64,000 nt of DNA from Dehalococcoidia bacterium (GTDB lineage: Bacteria > Chloroflexota > Dehalococcoidia > SM23-28-2 > RBG-16-64-32). Of this stretch, positions 61,346 through 64,000 are shown one piece after another. The notes beneath the pieces were generated by a model. The model ran no database searches and was not told the origin of the DNA. It saw only the letters and a list, made by a program, of their open reading frames with translations. A program made the translations under genes and the position numbers. The DNA is taken from NCBI GenBank assembly GCA_963665775.2, contig CAXXTF010000001.1, forward strand, positions 792,339 through 856,338, given 5' to 3'. Every line of letters begins with the position of its first letter. Positions within the stretch are counted from its first letter, which is position 1.

Positions 61346-61678
61346 GCACGGCGGTGCTGACACGCATCGACCGACTACGGTGTGCTTACAGCTAAGCGTA
61401 CGCCAGACGCATGACGAGGCCGATGAGATGGCCGAGCGTGTGCACGGCTGGGAGCGGCCATTCTTGACTCTGGGAATAGCGCTGGGGGTGTCCAGAGGAG
61501 AAGTAGCGCGTCAACGGCTGCCAAGGGAGACCACAGAATAGAGACGAGGAATCTTGATTGACAGCCTATCTCGCCGATAGTAAGGTTCGACCGTCGAGTA
61601 GCGCCGGTTATGGGCCAGGGCAAACTTGATATGGGAAATGTCGGTTGACATCGGAACCCTGGGAGGAGGGCTCGAAAA

Positions 61679-62233
61679 ATGGCGCAAGAAGCTACCGGGG
61701 AGGCCGAGGGCCAAAAACCCAAAGAACCTAACGGGGACGCCAAGGACCGAGACCGAAAATATGAGTCGACCGATGTCTGGATGCTGCTCATAATTATGGC
61801 CTCTCTCACCGGCCTATTCCTTGGCGGTCTTGGGATTACCCTCGGAGTCGTCGGAGCCGAGGAGTTCGATGCCGCGGCCATCGTAGCGATCTTATCGCCC
61901 GCCCTGGCGGCGGTTGGCACCGTGGCTGCAGGTGTTTTTGGCTACACCGTGGGTACACGTGGCACCGCCGGGGCGCAAGAATCCGCCACGGTCGCCCGGC
62001 AGGAAGCCGCCGCCACCGCACAGGAAGGCGGTACCCCGGTCCGCGATATAGAGCGCATCTTCAGCCGGGCCAGCGAAGGTGGTGAATTGACGGCCGAGGG
62101 CTTGAAGCCCGGCACCTACGGAATCAGCGCGGATGATCTAAATACGCTCCTCGCCGATGTCGAGCCATTGGCCCGCAGGCTGGGGATAGGTCTGCCGGAG
62201 GCGATACCGCCGGCGGTGCCGGCAACGACGTAG
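61679..62233 (+). CDS. Hypothetical membrane protein
   Basis: GGAGGAGG RBS; two TM segments. Confidence 0.7.
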   Translation: MAQEATGEAEGQKPKEPNGDAKDRDRKYESTDVWMLLIIMASLTGLFLGGLGITLGVVGAEEFDAAAIVAILSPALAAVGTVAAGVFGYTVGTRGTAGAQESATVARQEAAATAQEGGTPVRDIERIFSRASEGGELTAEGLKPGTYGISADDLNTLLADVEPLARRLGIGLPEAIPPAVPATT

Positions 62234-62357
62234 GATTAACGTCTCAGGTCCTGCACCACCTCACGATAAAAGCGATCTAGAATGGCCGTAGCGAGCGGCA
62301 TCACCACTGAAAGCCGCCAGATAGCGGTCATGATTCCTAACTTTCACGGTAAGGCGA

Positions 62358-62864
62358 ATGCCTAGGAAGATCGACACCCCGCCCTGTGTCAGACAGTTTC
62401 TCGCTCGGCTATACCCGCACGTAAACATCGACAAAATCAGCTTCTACGAGGGCGCTCCATTTTATACGTTCCCGCGCGGCGCTATAACTATCGGGCCAAA
62501 TATCTACTTCAGAGAAGGTAAGTACGATCCCTGCAGCTGCAAGGGGATAGCGCTCCTGGCCCACGAGCTATATCACATCCATCAGGGTGCTGATGGCATT
62601 GGCCTTTGGTTTCTTCGCCCCTACTACGTCAAGTATGTTTGGTTTCTGCTGAGGAGCGGATTCAAGAGCGACAGGCGGCACCGGCTGGAGGAGCCCGCAT
62701 ACGATCTACAGGACCGCATCTTAGAGTGCTGCGATCGGGTGCGCCGCGCCACCGGCCAACAGTCACCCTGTATTTGCCAAGATGGAACGCCGACGGCTGT
62801 CAACGAGGCCTTTCTTGACGCCTTCGCGGCGGAGTGCCCGCACCCGCTTGCCAGCCAGAAGTAG
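62358..62864 (+). CDS. DUF4157-like zincin (HExxH) protein
   Basis: AITIGPNIYF...LLAHELYHIHQ...LEEPAY. Confidence 0.85.
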   Translation: MPRKIDTPPCVRQFLARLYPHVNIDKISFYEGAPFYTFPRGAITIGPNIYFREGKYDPCSCKGIALLAHELYHIHQGADGIGLWFLRPYYVKYVWFLLRSGFKSDRRHRLEEPAYDLQDRILECCDRVRRATGQQSPCICQDGTPTAVNEAFLDAFAAECPHPLASQK

Positions 62865-62936
62865 GATTAGGACGGCTGGCATTTGATAACGCAACTTGCG
62901 ATGGCGCCAAGACCCTGACCCAGATAGGAGGTCAAC

Positions 62937-63967
62937 GTGACCAGAAGGCTGATCGTTTGCTCGGACGGTACCTGGAACAATCCGGACCGGAAATTCCGGG
63001 GTGTAACCGCACCAACGAATGTGGTCCATAGGGCACGTTCGATCTTGCCTCAGGCTTCAGATGGGACCCCTCAGATCATCTTCTACGATGCCGGGGTAGG
63101 CACAGACAATCTACTGGACAAGTTCTCCGGAGGCACCATGGGAATTGGACTGTCCAAGAACGTGCGGGACGCATACCGCTTCTTAATCCAGAATTATGCT
63201 GAGGGAGACGACATATATCTCTTTGGCTTTAGTCGAGGAGCGTATACGGTCCGAAGCGCGGCTGGACTAATAAGGAAATGCGGCCTTCTCTACAAGAAAA
63301 ACGCCGATCGCATTCCCCAGGCATACAAGATCTATCGGAAACGGGACAAGGAAGCGGACACGGCGGCTGCCAGTCGCTTTCGAGAGAGGTATTCGCGGCC
63401 TCCAGTGCGGATCAAGTTCATCGGCGTGTGGGACACCGTGGGTGCGCTCGGGATACCAAGCAATCTCTTCCACTTCCTGGGTCGGCGCCGATATGACTTT
63501 CATGACGTTTCCCTTAGCCGAAGTGTCGACTACGCCTACCAGGCAGTGGCCATCGATGAGCGGCGCACCTTCTACAGGGCCTGCCCTTTGGGAGAAGAAC
63601 CCTGAAGCGAAAAGGTCAGGTGCTAGAGCAAGCCTGGTTTGCTGGCGTCCACATGTATGCGGGCGGCGGCTACAACCACAGTGGTCTCTCGGACGCCGCG
63701 TTCGTGTGGATAAAGCAGAAGGCGGAGGCGACCGGGCTTGCATTCGACGAGCAGTACGTCGAGTCGTTATCGCCTGATGCTCTTGGCAGGCTCGGCAACT
63801 CCAGGACCTTCCCGTTCAATCTCATCCGACCGTACAGCCGGCCAATCGGCCAAGGCGTGCGCTCTCAGGAATCGGTTCATCCCGGAGCACTGGAGCGCCA
63901 TCAGAAGGACTCCACTTATCGGCCGAAGAACCTCGTCAGCTATCTGCGAAGGAACCCGCCGAATTGA
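62937..63967 (+). pseudogene. DUF2235 (Tle1-like alpha/beta hydrolase) with two +1 frameshifts
   Basis: CSDGTWN, YDAGVGT, FGFSRGAY, GVWDTVG, AIDERR; then PALWEK and QVLEQAWFAGVH in successive frames. Confidence 0.88.
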
Positions 63968-64000
63968 TGGTGTGGCGGCCGACTCTGGCCCAGTCTCGAC

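Overview
GC-rich bacterial accessory region, probably Chloroflexota/Dehalococcoidia-like. This is an inference from the GAAC-N4-GTTC LexA box, F420-type LLM/PPOX genes and the anti-sigma N-termini. The window is heavily scarred by mobile elements. Main contents in order: (1) a complete 4,067-bp IS5/IS903-like cargo transposon (883-4949; 11-bp TIR, 9-bp TSD) with a SWIM-DDE transposase, a Zn-ribbon ORF, a Bro-N protein, an N6-adenine methyltransferase and a putative restriction endonuclease, inserted at the start codon of a receiver-domain/thioredoxin reductase gene; (2) an SOS mutagenesis locus (SRAP, small 4-Cys ORF, LexA box, imuB, small overlapping ORF, dnaE2) with no imuA; (3) many IS6, IS3 and IS481-like elements, fragments and isolated ends; (4) an acyl-CoA catabolic cluster of about 20 kb with an isobutyryl-CoA-mutase-type B12 mutase; (5) two ECF sigma/anti-sigma modules, one with a 14x14-aa tandem repeat and a downstream secreted 4-repeat Cys protein; (6) two tRNA 3'-half att scars (Lys, Trp-like) and a small tyrosine-integrase element; (7) Rhs, alpha-2-macroglobulin, DUF4157 and DUF2235 remnants. 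No CRISPR array, rRNA or intact tRNA was seen. Family names come from motif recognition, not database searches.
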